Shown: positions 1 through 11,880 of the stretch, piece by piece
How positions within the stretch are numbered: position 1 is the stretch's first letter
Layout: each line of letters begins with the position of its first letter
From: Octopus bimaculoides
Taxonomy: Eukaryota
Assembly: GCF_001194135.2 (NCBI RefSeq)
Contig: NC_068981.1
Span: 5,664,285 to 5,698,728 of the forward strand
Direction: 5' to 3'
DNA length: 34,444 bases
The notes under the pieces: generated by a model
What the model was told of the DNA's origin: nothing
The model's input: only the letters and a program-made list of their open reading frames with translations
The model's database searches: none
Position numbers and translations under genes: made by a program

Positions 1-442
1 GTGGTAATCGTAGTTGTGGTGGTGGGGGAGGAGGAGGAGGTGGTGGTTGTTGTGGTAGTGTTGATGGTGTTGATGGTGGTGGTGGTGGTGGTGGTGGTTG
101 TGGTGTGTGTGTCTTTGCCCTGTAACAATTTGGCTTGATTTGTGCCAGTGTAGTAACGAATGCCATACAATATGACATGTTATACCGTAATACTATATAA
201 TCCAGTGCAGCAGAGAAGAATGAACGGGCTGAATGGGTTGCCATGGCAATCAAGACGTCCTTGACCTTCAGTACAAAATGAAACCCAATGTCTGACATGA
301 AACAAGTGCAGAAGAAACTAACAAAAAAAAAAAACTCCTCAAATTACAACAGATTTTGGTGTTTAAAAAAGTCGTCTGTTAGTTTGGACATTATAACATT
401 TTTGTTCGTTGCTTTTGTTTGTATTATCATCATCATCACAAT

Positions 443-486
<44 letters not shown>

Positions 487-1439
487 NNNNNNNNNNNNNN
501 NNNNNNNNNNNNNNNNNNNNNNNNNNNNNNNNNNNNNNNNNNNNNNNNNNNNNNNNNNNNNNNNNNNNNNNNNNNNNNNNNNNNNNNNNNNNNNNNNNNN
601 NNNNNNNNNNNNNNNNNNNNNNNNNNNNNNNNNNNNNNNNNNNNNNNNNNNNNNNNNNNNNNNNNNNNNNNNNNNNNNNNNNNNNNNNNNNNNNNNNNNN
701 NNNNNNNNNNNNNNNNNNNNNNNNNNNNNNNNNNNNNNNNNNNNNNNNNNNNNNNNNNNNNNNNNNNNNNNNNNNNNNNNNNNNNNNNNNNNNNNNNNNN
801 NNNNNNNNNNNNNNNNNNNNNNNNNNNNNNNNNNNNNNNNNNNNNNNNNNNNNNNNNNNNNNNNNNNNNNNNNNNNNNNNNNNNNNNNNNNNNNNNNNNN
901 NNNNNNNNNNNNNNNNNNNNNNNNNNNNNNNNNNNNNNNNNNNNNNNNNNNNNNNNNNNNNNNNNNNNNNNNNNNNNNNNNNNNNNNNNNNNNNNNNNNN
1001 NNNNNNNNNNNNNNNNNNNNNNNNNNNNNNNNNNNNNNNNNNNNNNNNNNNNNNNNNNNNNNNNNNNNNNNNNNNNNNNNNNNNNNNNNNNNNNNNNNNN
1101 NNNNNNNNNNNNNNNNNNNNNNNNNNNNNNNNNNNNNNNNNNNNNNNNNNNNNNNNNNNNNNNNNNNNNNNNNNNNNNNNNNNNNNNNNNNNNNNNNNNN
1201 NNNNNNNNNNNNNNNNNNNNNNNNNNNNNNNNNNNNNNNNNNNNNNNNNNNNNNNNNNNNNNNNNNNNNNNNNNNNNNNNNNNNNNNNNNNNNNNNNNNN
1301 NNNNNNNNNNNNNNNNNNNNNNNNNNNNNNNNNNNNNNNNNNNNNNNNNNNNNNNNNNNNNNNNNNNNNNNNNNNNNNNNNNNNNNNNNNNNNNNNNNNN
1401 NNNNNNNNNNNNNNNNNNNNNNNNNNNNNNNNNNNNNNN

Positions 1440-1562
1440 GTCGGTGTGTTTACATCCCTGTAACTTAGCAGTTCGGCAAAGGAGACTGATAGAATAAGTC
1501 CTAGGGTCGATTTGTTTGACTAAAAGTGGTGCTCCAGAATGGCCACAGTCATCATCATCGTC

Positions 1563-1594
<32 letters not shown>

Positions 1595-1800
1595 TTTATT
1601 TATCTTCTATCTTCTACTTGTTTCAGTAATTTGACTGTGGCCATGCTGGGGCATGGCCTTGAAGAATTTGTAGTTCAGTGCTTTTTTTAAAGTCTAGTAC
1701 TTATTCTGTCAGTCTCGTTTGTCTAACTGCTAGGTTACAAGGGATGTAAATACATCAACATTGGTTGTCAAGCAGTGTTGGAGGACAAACACAGACACAA
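1440..1800. mobile_element. Two family-A SINE 3' halves in opposite orientation (1440-1550 +, about 1595-1800 -) separated by (CAT)n
   Basis: Both are homologous to 8675-8870. Confidence 0.7.
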
Positions 1801-3079
1801 AGACACACACACACACACACACATGTGCATAAACACATACAGTCACAAAGACATGCACGCACACACACACACAGACTCACACATGCACACAAACACAGAC
1901 ACAGACACACACAGACAGACAGACGCACACACACACACACACACATGCACACAGATACACAGACACACGCACTATCTCACTGAGGACCCCCCCCAAAAAA
2001 AGAAGGAAAAGGGGGAATAAACAGAAGAAGATGGGGGGTGGGGATCATGTGTTATGTATCACAGACCAAATGGTGCGTTCAGGCACAACTTGCAGACACG
2101 AGTGGCCAGCACAACTCACGGCAGCAACCACCCAAACCTCACAGGGGTGTCATTTCCCAAAGTGCCCCAAGCTGATAAGGTCTTACTATTAATCAATTAT
2201 TAGTCACTACAGCAGCGCTTCTCCACTGGGGTTCCCTGGAACACCAGGGTTCTGCAAGAAAGAGCGAGATAAGCTAATGCTAATTTCATGATCCTAATAA
2301 TATTATTAGACATGCACAACATATTGGTTATTGTAATATTGGAGGAATTTCAACCATGTTTCGTGGTCTGCTACCACAACAGCTCCTTTATAGGATCCAG
2401 TTAGCTCAAGACATCATCAGGAGGAACCACGTCCGGTTTCGGCCCCTACTCCTCTACCGTTTTGACGTGGCGGGGCCACCCCCTTTCGGAGGTGTCTTCA
2501 GCTCTGGTGTTGGGTGCATGTCTTTTTTCACTGTTTGTGACTGTTCTGATTCAACTGTGGAATGTCCCTCGCTATGGTTATTTTCCAGAAGGTTCTGGCC
2601 ACACGTCTTACGGTTCATCAACCCGCGTTGTTGAATTACTTTCTTCTGACATACCTTCCCTTGGTGGATTAGNNNNNNNNNNNNNNNNNNNNNNNNNNNN
2701 NNNNNNNNNNNNNNNNNNNNNNNNNNNNNNNNNNNNNNNNNNNNNNNNNNNNNNNNNNNNNNNNNNNNNNNNNNNNNNNNNNNNNNNNNNNNNNNNNNNN
2801 NNNNNNNNNNNNNNNNNNNNNNNNNNNNNNNNNNNNNNNNNNNNNNNNNNNNNNNNNNNNNNNNNNNNNNNNNNNNNNNNNNNNNNNNNNNNNNNNNNNN
2901 NNNNNNNNNNNNNNNNNNNNNNNNNNNNNNNNNNNNNNNNNNNNNNNNNNNNNNNNNNNNNNNNNNNNNNNNNNNNNNNNNNNNNNNNNNNNNNNNNNNN
3001 NNNNNNNNNNNNNNNNNNNNNNNNNNNNNNNNNNNNNNNNNNNNNNNNNNNNNNNNNNNNNNNNNNNNNNNNNNNNNNN

Positions 3080-3116
<37 letters not shown>

Positions 3117-4562
3117 GAGTTTATGAAAAAAACAAAAGTTGAAGACAGGTGTGTAAACAACAAACAGATGTATTAGTTTAATGCTCGGCAAGTGAGAAAG
3201 TGTTTTACGTTTCAAGCCTATGCTCTTTGACGGAAAGGAACACAGAAATAAATAGAGAGAGAAAATGAAAAAGGTTTAGTGGCTAGCGATCAATCATGGT
3301 GAATGCTGGACTGAGGTGTCACACAGGAGAGCTAGGAAGAAGGGGAGATAATAAAGTAGTGGTGACTCCAAAATGAAGGTGCACATGCGTGTGCATATGA
3401 GAGGTGTATGTGTGTGAAGATGGGGGCTGGTGACCTTGATGTGTGCATGTGTAGGTGTGTGGATGATGGTGTGGGTGCTGGGAAGTGGTCAGTGCTAATG
3501 TGCACTGGGTGGTGTGATGTGGTGTGGTGTGGTATGGTGGTATGGTGGTATGTGGTGTGGTGATGTGTTGTATGGTGTGGTGGAGTGGTGTGTGGNNNNN
3601 NNNNNNNNNNNNNNNNNNNNNNNNNNNNNNNNNNNNNNNNNNNNNNNNNNNNNNNNNNNNNNNNNNNNNNNNNNNNNNNNNNNNNNNNNNNNNNNNNNNN
3701 NNNNNNNNNNNNNNNNNNNNNNNNNNNNNNNNNNNNNNNNNNNNNNNNNNNNNNNNNNNNNNNNNNNNNNNNNNNNNNNNNNNNNNNNNNNNNNNNNNNN
3801 NNNNNNNNNNNNNNNNNNNNNNNNNNNNNNNNNNNNNNNNNNNNNNNNNNNNNNNNNNNNNNNNNNNNNNNNNNNNNNNNNNNNNNNNNNNNNNNNNNNN
3901 NNNNNNNNNNNNNNNNNNNNNNNNNNNNNNNNNNNNNNNNNNNNNNNNNNNNNNNNNNNNNNNNNNNNNNNNNNNNNNNNNNNNNNNNNNNNNNNNNNNN
4001 NNNNNNNNNNNNNNNNNNNNNNNNNNNNNNNNNNNNNNNNNNNNNNNNNNNNNNNNNNNNNNNNNNNNNNNNNNNNNNNNNNNNNNNNNNNNNNNNNNNN
4101 NNNNNNNNNNNNNNNNNNNNNNNNNNNNNNNNNNNNNNNNNNNNNNNNNNNNNNNNNNNNNNNNNNNNNNNNNNNNNNNNNNNNNNNNNNNNNNNNNNNN
4201 NNNNNNNNNNNNNNNNNNNNNNNNNNNNNNNNNNNNNNNNNNNNNNNNNNNNNNNNNNNNNNNNNNNNNNNNNNNNNNNNNNNNNNNNNNNNNNNNNNNN
4301 NNNNNNNNNNNNNNNNNNNNNNNNNNNNNNNNNNNNNNNNNNNNNNNNNNNNNNNNNNNNNNNNNNNNNNNNNNNNNNNNNNNNNNNNNNNNNNNNNNNN
4401 NNNNNNNNNNNNNNNNNNNNNNNNNNNNNNNNNNNNNNNNNNNNNNNNNNNNNNNNNNNNNNNNNNNNNNNNNNNNNNNNNNNNNNNNNNNNNNNNNNNN
4501 NNNNNNNNNNNNNNNNNNNNNNNNNNNNNNNNNNNNNNNNNNNNNNNNNNNNNNNNNNNNNN

Positions 4563-4699
4563 GTGGTGGTGGTGGTGGTGGTGGTGGTGGTGATAGTGGT
4601 GATGTTGATGACGATGGAAGTGGTGATGGTGATGATGGTGGTGGTGGAGATGATGATGATGATGGTGATGGTGGTGATGGTGGTGATGGTGGTGGTGGA

Positions 4700-4742
<43 letters not shown>

Positions 4743-4760
4743 GTGATGATGAATGGTGAT
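4563..4760 (+). repeat. (GGT/GAT)n trinucleotide microsatellite. Similar tracts: 1-110 (GGT), 424-486 (CAT), 1790-1975 (CA), 22252-22316 (TA), 27198-27277 (CAT)
   Basis: Read directly from the sequence. Most N-gaps abut such simple repeats, as expected for a short-read assembly. Confidence 0.95.
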
Positions 4761-5479
4761 GATTTAAGCCTTATTGCACATGTACACTCTCTAACAGTTG
4801 GTTCCCAACCCAAGACGAACAGAAACGTTTTTGTGAAGTCCTTTTCCCACAGATGTTCGTAATTTGTCACATTAGACACTCAGCTAACTTACTAAATTGC
4901 AAAATTTTAATAAGCAACTTTTCCTCTAATGAATTAATTCCCTCATTAACTTTTAATTGCGTGAATTTTTTTCTCAGATTGGGAACAGTTTGAGTGACAG
5001 AATAAAATTACTGTTAGAAAATTACTATTTGTAAATCTCACAACGAGATCAGTGACCAGTTGTCACTTTGAAAACTATGTATTTCGAATGGGAATTTGGC
5101 AGCGCCACCTCTAACCAAACAATTACTCTGTGCTGATGAAGGGAAATAACCTGGAAATCATGATACACAGATATTGTTTTGAGCTGAGTGGGGGTGCTAG
5201 ATTCCCTTGATTGAAAATATAAGGACACAGATCATGTCATATAACCAGCTGGAGACTCTGTCTCCTGGGGCTAAATTACAGCATTTGTCCTAAACCAGGA
5301 TTGCCATGTTATGTTGGCAAACAATCTTTACTACAAAATTACTGTTGTCTGGTGTTTTTTCTTTGGCAGATGTGAAGAATTAGGTTCCACAGAGATAAAA
5401 TAGGTCAAAGCTTTCATGCAACAATTTGCTATAATTATTGGTAACTGGTGATATATCTGAAGTATTTCAGAAATAATGG

Positions 5480-5765
5480 CTGGGGTACCCTGTTCCAGTT
5501 GATCCTATTGTGAAATTAGCGTGTAGGTGGTTGAGCACTCTGCAGACATGCACACCCTTAATGTAGTTCTCAGAGAGATTCAGGGTGAGACAGAATATGA
5601 CAAGGCTGGCCCTTTGTATTACAGGTACAACTCATTTTTGCCAGCTGAGTGAACAGATGCAACATAAAATAAAGTGTCTTGCACAAGGACATGTGTTGCT
5701 GGGAATTGAACTCACTACGATACGATCATGAGCCAAATGCCCTATCCACCAAGCCACATGCCTTC
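5480..5765 (-). mobile_element. CORE-type SINE (family C) copy
   Basis: Reverse complement matches 22815-23110 (AAAGTGTCTTGCACAAGGAC, GGGAATTGAACTC, CTTAATGTAGTT, GATCAACTGGAAC). Confidence 0.7.
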
Positions 5766-6524
5766 ACAATGTACCATACCCTGCAGTGAACAACATTGAG
5801 AAGGCAATTCATGGGCTTGCATGGCAATGCATGATAGCCACAACATTGATGTGTGAGTATTGCAATAATCCTTCACAGAACTGACAGGAAGTGGAGGCAC
5901 TGATCAATTTTGGCACAAAATTATTTGATATTACTCTCATCACATTTGGTCAATTCTGTTTTTTCTTTTTTTTATAAAACCCCTAAACTGCATGTTAACC
6001 CCAGTTAATACTCTGGTTCTATAAAACAAAACTTGCTGTGAACCCAGATCAAATCACTTCATATTCTCTTTTAAAGCTGCCAAGATATGAATTATCTTTG
6101 AAACATTTAAATACTTTCTAAGGAAGATGCCTCTCTGAGAATTCATTCTTTTCTTGCAGAAATCATTCGTTAATCATTAACCATCAGAAGACCAGAACAT
6201 TCCCTCAAGCATGAAGACAAGCACAAGTCATTGAAGAGATAGAATTGCTGGTGATAACTTAAAGAAACCCTATCATGTAGATTTCTAAAATGAAATTTAA
6301 AATTATAATTAACAAAAATTTCTTGGTTTCAAAACAATAATTACTTTGTTAGTTTTTTCTTTTCTTTCTCTTTGCCATGACAACTTTTTAATATGGAATA
6401 TTTAAAGAAACTTAATGAAAATACATAACGAAATTGATAAAGACCAATAAAAATTCAGTCATATTAATATTATCAGAATTATTAATATGAAATATGTGTT
6501 TGATGACTACTAGTTAATATTGCA

Positions 6525-8447
6525 TCAATATTAGATGAGATGCAGTTTGGGTTTGTGCCAGGGAAAAGCACCACTGATACTATATTTCTGGTAAGACAGC
6601 TGCAAGAGAAATACCTAGCCAAAGATAAACCTCTGTACCTGGCTTTCATTGACATGGAGAAAGCCTTTGACAGGGTCCCCCGATCCCTTATCTGGTGGTC
6701 AATGAGAAAACTAGGGATAGATGAATGGTTAGTGAGAGCTGTGCAAGACATGTACAGGGATGCTGTCAGTAAGGTGAGGGTTGGCAACGAGTACAGTGAA
6801 GAATTCCAGGTAGAGGTAGGGGTCCACCAAGGTTCCGTCCTCAGCCCCCTCNNNNNNNNNNNNNNNNNNNNNNNNNNNNNNNNNNNNNNNNNNNNNNNNN
6901 NNNNNNNNNNNNNNNNNNNNNNNNNNNNNNNNNNNNNNNNNNNNNNNNNNNNNNNNNNNNNNNNNNNNNNNNNNNNNNNNNNNNNNNNNNNNNNNNNNNN
7001 NNNNNNNNNNNNNNNNNNNNNNNNNNNNNNNNNNNNNNNNNNNNNNNNNNNNNNNNNNNNNNNNNNNNNNNNNNNNNNNNNNNNNNNNNNNNNNNNNNNN
7101 NNNNNNNNNNNNNNNNNNNNNNNNNNNNNNNNNNNNNNNNNNNNNNNNNNNNNNNNNNNNNNNNNNNNNNNNNNNNNNNNNNNNNNNNNNNNNNNNNNNN
7201 NNNNNNGGAGCAATAAATACTGAAAATGTGCAGAGAACAACTTCTGCCACATTCCAGGGAGAAAAACTAGAAGTAGTTGATAGCTTCCGTTACCTAGGTG
7301 ACCAAGTCAGTAGCGGGGGTGGGTGTACTGAAAGTGTAGCTGCTAGAATATGAATAGCCTGGGCAAAGTTTAGAGAGCTCTTACCTCTGCTGGTGACAAA
7401 GGGCCTCTCACTCAGAGTAAAGGGCAGACTGTATGACGCATGTGTACGAACAACCATACTACATGGCAGAGAAACATGGGCCATAACTGCTGAGGACATG
7501 CGTAAGCTTGAAAGGAATGAAGCCAGTATGTTCCGCTGGATGAGTAATGTCAATGTGCATACTAGACAGAGTGTAATTACTTTGAGAGAAAAGTTGGACC
7601 TAAGAAGCATCAGATGTGGTGTGCAAAAGAGACGTCTGCACTGGTGTGGTCATGTGGTGAGAATGGATGAGGATAGCTGTGTGAAAAAGTGCCACAGCCT
7701 AGCAGTTGAGGGAACCTGCGGAAGAGGTAGACCCAAGAAGAACTGGAACGAGGTGGTGAAGCACGACCTTCGAACATTAGGCCTCACTGAGGCAATGACT
7801 TGTGACCGAGACCTTTGGAAATATGCTATGCTTAAGAAGACCCGGCAAGCCAAGTGAGACCTGTAGCCTATGCCAGGGGTGTAACCAGCCCACTTATGTG
7901 TAACTTTCCTTTAAGGGACACTAAACTCTGCTTGTGAAGGCCTTTTGAGGCAAGTGAAATCAAAATCGAAATCCAATTCGATGACTGGCATCTGTGCTAC
8001 TGGAGTGCTAAGAGCACCATCTGAGTATAATCGTTGCCAGAGCAACTGACTGGCTTCCGTGCTGGTGGCATGTAAAAGGCACCGTTCAAGCGTGATCATT
8101 ACCAGCGCCTCCATACTGGCACTTGTGCCGGTGGCACGTGAAAAAGTATTCAAGCAAGGTCGTTGCCAGTACCGTTGGACTGGCTCCCGTGCAGGTGGCA
8201 CATAAAAAACATCATTTTGAGCATGGCCGTTGCCAGTACCGCCTGACTGGCCCTCGTGCCGGTGGCACGTAAAAGCACCCACTACACCCTTGGAGTGGTT
8301 AACATTAGGAAGGGCAACCAGCTGTAGAAACTCTGCCAGATCAGATTGGAGCCTGGCGCAGCCATCTGGTTCACCAGTCCTCAGTCAAATTGTCCAAGCC
8401 ATGCCAGCATTGGAAAGCGGACGCTAAACGATGATGATGATGATGAT
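6525..8447 (+). mobile_element. 5'-truncated RTE-clade LINE (RT domain, ORF2 C-terminus, 3' UTR, (GAT)n tail), inactive
   Basis: RT motifs QFGFVPGKSTTDTIF, AFIDMEKAFDRVPR and GVHQGSVLSPL (6540-6851), then a gap, then EVVDSFRYLGD. In-frame TGA at 7351-7353. ORF continues to TGA at 7855-7857. The 3' UTR ends GGACGCTAAACGATGATGAT. Confidence 0.93.
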
Positions 8448-8674
8448 ATATATATATACATAAAATTAGTATAAACAGTAGTTTGCAATGTTTCACCAAA
8501 AAGGAGAATTACAAAAATAACTAAATGTGACTAGGGTGTTAGGAAACACCTACATTGCTAGAAATAACAGCTAAATTACTCTAATGCTGTAGCTAACGCA
8601 CATGAATGAAAACATATACACTAACAGACCATAACCGACCGAAAAATGTCGATCTTAATACTGATATATTTTTA

Positions 8675-9042
8675 AAGTTTTTTATTTGTTTCAGTCTGCG
8701 GCCATGTTGGAGCACCGCCTTTAGTTGAACAAACCGACCCCAGGACTTATTTTTTTGTAAGCCTAGCACTTATTTTATCGGTCTCTTTTGCCGAATTGCT
8801 AAGTTATGGAGAGGTAAACACACCAACATCGGTTGTCAAGCGATGGTGAGAGGACAAACACAGACACACACACATATATATATGACGGGCTTCTTTCAGT
8901 TTCCGTCTACCAGACCCACTCACAAGCTTTGGTCAGCCCGAAGCTATAGTAGAAGAAACTCACCCAAGGTGCCACGCAGTGGGACTGAACCCAGAACCAT
9001 GTGGTTGGTAAGCAAGCTTCTTACCACACAGCCACTTCCGCA
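8675..9042 (-). mobile_element. Near full-length tRNA-derived SINE (family A)
   Basis: Minus strand begins GGAAGTGGCTGTGTGGTAAG (A-box-like) and GGGTTCAGTCCC (B-box-like), has an internal TA/CA tract, and ends GGTGCTCCAACATGGCCGCAGACTGAAAC. Many homologous copies lie in the window. Confidence 0.85.
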
Positions 9043-9378
9043 ACATTAAAAGTACCTTGTCAGGACTAAACTAATGTTTTCAATTAAACACAGCTGTCAC
9101 ATTTCTTTAGTATGATGTGNNNNNNNNNNNNNNNNNNNNNNNNNNNNNNNNNNNNNNNNNNNNNNNNNNNNNNNNNNNNNNNNNNNNNNNNNNNNNNNNN
9201 NNNNNNNNNNNNNNNNNNNNNNNNNNNNNNNNNNNNNNNNNNNNNNNNNNNNNNNNNNNNNNNNNNNNNNNNNNNNNNNNNNNNNNNNNNNNNNNNNNNN
9301 NNNNNNNNNNNNNNNNNNNNNNNNNNNNNNNNNNNNNNNNNNNNNNNNNNNNNNNNNNNNNNNNNNNNNNNNNNNNNN

Positions 9379-9963
9379 AAGAATGAAGAGAGTAGAGAGA
9401 AAGAGGGGGAGGAGAGCGGGAGAGAGAGAGAGAGAGAGAGAAATAAAGGGGAAGAATGAAGAGAGTAGAGAGAAAGAGGGGGAGGAGAGCGGGAGAGAGA
9501 GAGAGAGAGAAATAAAGGGGAAGAATGAAGAGAGTAGAGAGAAAGAGAGGCAGACTGAAGAAAGTAGAGGGGGGAGAGAGAAAAGAAGAGAGAGAGAGAA
9601 AAGAAGAGAGAGAGAGAGAAAAGAAGAGAGAGAGAGAAAAGAAGAGAGAGAGAGAAAAGAAGAGAGAGAGAGAAAAGAAGAGAGAGAGAGAGAGAGGAGA
9701 AAACCAGAAGAGGATAGAAAAGGGAAAAAAACAAAGGGCATAGTGAGGGCAGAGAGAGAGAGAGAGAGAGAAAGAAAAATAGAGAGAAAAATATAGAGAA
9801 AGAGAGGGGAGAAAGAAAGGGGGAGAAAGAAAGGGGGAGAAAGAGATAGAGAAAGAGAAAGATAAAGATAGAGAATGAGAGATAGACACAGAGAGAAAGG
9901 GAGAGAGAGAAAGCAAGAGAGAAAGAGAGAGAGAAAGCAAGAGAGAAAGACAGTCAGACAGAC

Positions 9964-10022
<59 letters not shown>

Positions 10023-10256
10023 GAGAGAGAAAGACAGACAGACAGACAGAGAAAGAGAGAGAGAGAGAGAGGGCTAGCCGGCTACGTCTGGTAAACAGGT
10101 GGTGCAATGCTGGCCGGAAAGTAAACGAAGTTCTTAATTAGAAGAGGATTGAGGCCTCCCGAGTCTCTTGATGAGTCTAGGGAGAGAGAAAGAAAGAGAC
10201 ACAGAGAGGCCGATAGAAAGAGATAGAGAGAGAAGAAAAAAGAGAAAGTGAGTGAA

Positions 10257-10302
<46 letters not shown>
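9379..10302 (+). repeat. Long GA-rich polypurine tract with internal ~70-bp and ~18-20-bp tandem units
   Basis: AAGAATGAAGAGAGTAGAGAGAAAGAGGGGGAGGAGAGCGGG(AG)n unit repeated at 9379-9545, AAAAGAAG(AG)n units, and (GA)n. Potential H-DNA. Confidence 0.9.
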
Positions 10303-11065
10303 NNNNNNNNNNNNNNNNNNNNNNNNNNNNNNNNNNNNNNNNNNNNNNNNNNNNNNNNNNNNNNNNNNNNNNNNNNNNNNNNNNNNNNNNNNNNNNNNNN
10401 NNNNNNNNNNNNNNNNNNNNNNNNNNNNNNNNNNNNNNNNNNNNNNNNNNNNNNNNNNNNNNNNNNNNNNNNNNNNNNNNNNNNNNNNNNNNNNNNNNNN
10501 NNNNNNNNNNNNNNNNNNNNNNNNNNNNNNNNNNNNNNNNNNNNNNNNNNNNNNNNNNNNNNNNNNNNNNNNNNNNNNNNNNNNNNNNNNNNNNNNNNNN
10601 NNNNNNNNNNNNNNNNNNNNNNNNNNNNNNNNNNNNNNNNNNNNNNNNNNNNNNNNNNNNNNNNNNNNNNNNNNNNNNNNNNNNNNNNNNNNNNNNNNNN
10701 NNNNNNNNNNNNNNNNNNNNNNNNNNNNNNNNNNNNNNNNNNNNNNNNNNNNNNNNNNNNNNNNNNNNNNNNNNNNNNNNNNNNNNNNNNNNNNNNNNNN
10801 NNNNNNNNNNNNNNNNNNNNNNNNNNNNNNNNNNNNNNNNNNNNNNNNNNNNNNNNNNNNNNNNNNNNNNNNNNNNNNNNNNNNNNNNNNNNNNNNNNNN
10901 NNNNNNNNNNNNNNNNNNNNNNNNNNNNNNNNNNNNNNNNNNNNNNNNNNNNNNNNNNNNNNNNNNNNNNNNNNNNNNNNNNNNNNNNNNNNNNNNNNNN
11001 NNNNNNNNNNNNNNNNNNNNNNNNNNNNNNNNNNNNNNNNNNNNNNNNNNNNNNNNNNNNNNNNN

Positions 11066-11113
<48 letters not shown>

Positions 11114-11460
11114 TATATATACATACATACATACACACACATCATGTGTGTGTATGAGTCATCCAACCCATGCCAGCACAAACAAATAGACGTTAAACGA
11201 TGATATATAAGTGCGTGTGTATATACGTGAATGTACACACACACACACATATATATTGGTATACTTATGGACACATACATACATGCAAACACACGCATAA
11301 ACTTTTTAACAATAAAATGACAGATTGAAAACAACAACAACAATAATATAAATAATGATGATGATGATTATATTTCTTTTATTGGCCACAAGGACCCAAA
11401 ACAATAATAATAATAATAATAATGATAATAATAATAATAATAATTAATTCGTTTTATTGG

Positions 11461-11880
11461 CCACAATAATAATAATCGGTGCGTTCTACGTGAAAAACGG
11501 TAAAAAAGTCATAAAACTGTACAAGATTTGGTCTTTGCCCATTGCGACCCTCACAACCCAAAAGAAGCAGAAATTCCATAAGGGGCGCACTTGTTAAAAT
11601 GGACGCAACTGCCACGTTGCCTAAGTTGACTGATTAAAGAATTTGTCTGTATGTTTTCTTTGTTTCTTGCTTTTTCCTCCTCTTCCTTCATCTTCATCTT
11701 CGGATGTGGGGGTATAGACTTTTCGTAGCTACTACTTAGAGCTGAGTTTGGCATCAGTCATCTCTCAGCCTCTAACAAGAACACCACCGCATCGTTTTAT
11801 TTCTGCAGCTTCCCACATTCGAAGATGACTTTCCAAGAAATCCTCGCAGTTTTGGCTGTTGCCTTCTGCATTGCCAAGGT
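11461..11880. promoter_or_regulatory. CpG-enriched probable promoter / first-exon region of PPIB-like gene
   Basis: About 14 CpG in 420 bp by hand count, versus about 2 in 5761-6480. It lies immediately around the start codon. Confidence 0.5.
11825..11878 (+). CDS. PPIB: PPIB-like exon 1 (signal peptide MTFQEILAVLAVAFCIAK)
   Basis: ATG in context GAAGATGA, hydrophobic core ILAVLAVAFCIA, donor AAG|GTCTGT. Phase 0 matches the start of exon 2. An A-X-A cleavage site (AKA|G) forms across the junction. Linked to exon 2 by inference across 12.8 kb. Confidence 0.78.

Noticed and set aside
288-4879. Long ORFs in the supplied track (poly-H, poly-I, poly-G/D, poly-M etc.) and similar ones at 9084-11343, 20333-21404 and 30379-31525
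   Set aside because: They are open only because N-gaps and microsatellites lack stop codons. They contain no recognisable domains.
4978-5034. Plus-strand acceptor followed by IGNSLSDRIKLLLENYYL* (or DWEQFE*) as a terminal exon of an upstream gene
   Set aside because: Too short, no upstream exons visible, and no family recognised.
5343-5504. 54-codon minus frame DQLEQGTPAIISEILQ... as a third exon of the antisense gene
   Set aside because: The acceptor and first codons lie within the 3' end of a family-C SINE (GATCAACTGGAAC), so the phase match is probably coincidental.
6525-7857. Active, intact LINE reverse transcriptase gene
   Set aside because: 5'-truncated (no endonuclease domain visible) and has an in-frame TGA at 7351-7353.
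7990-8280. CRISPR-like interpretation of the ~65-bp repeats
   Set aside because: The units are degenerate tandem copies without unique spacers, lie in a LINE 3' UTR in a eukaryotic context, and no cas genes are present.
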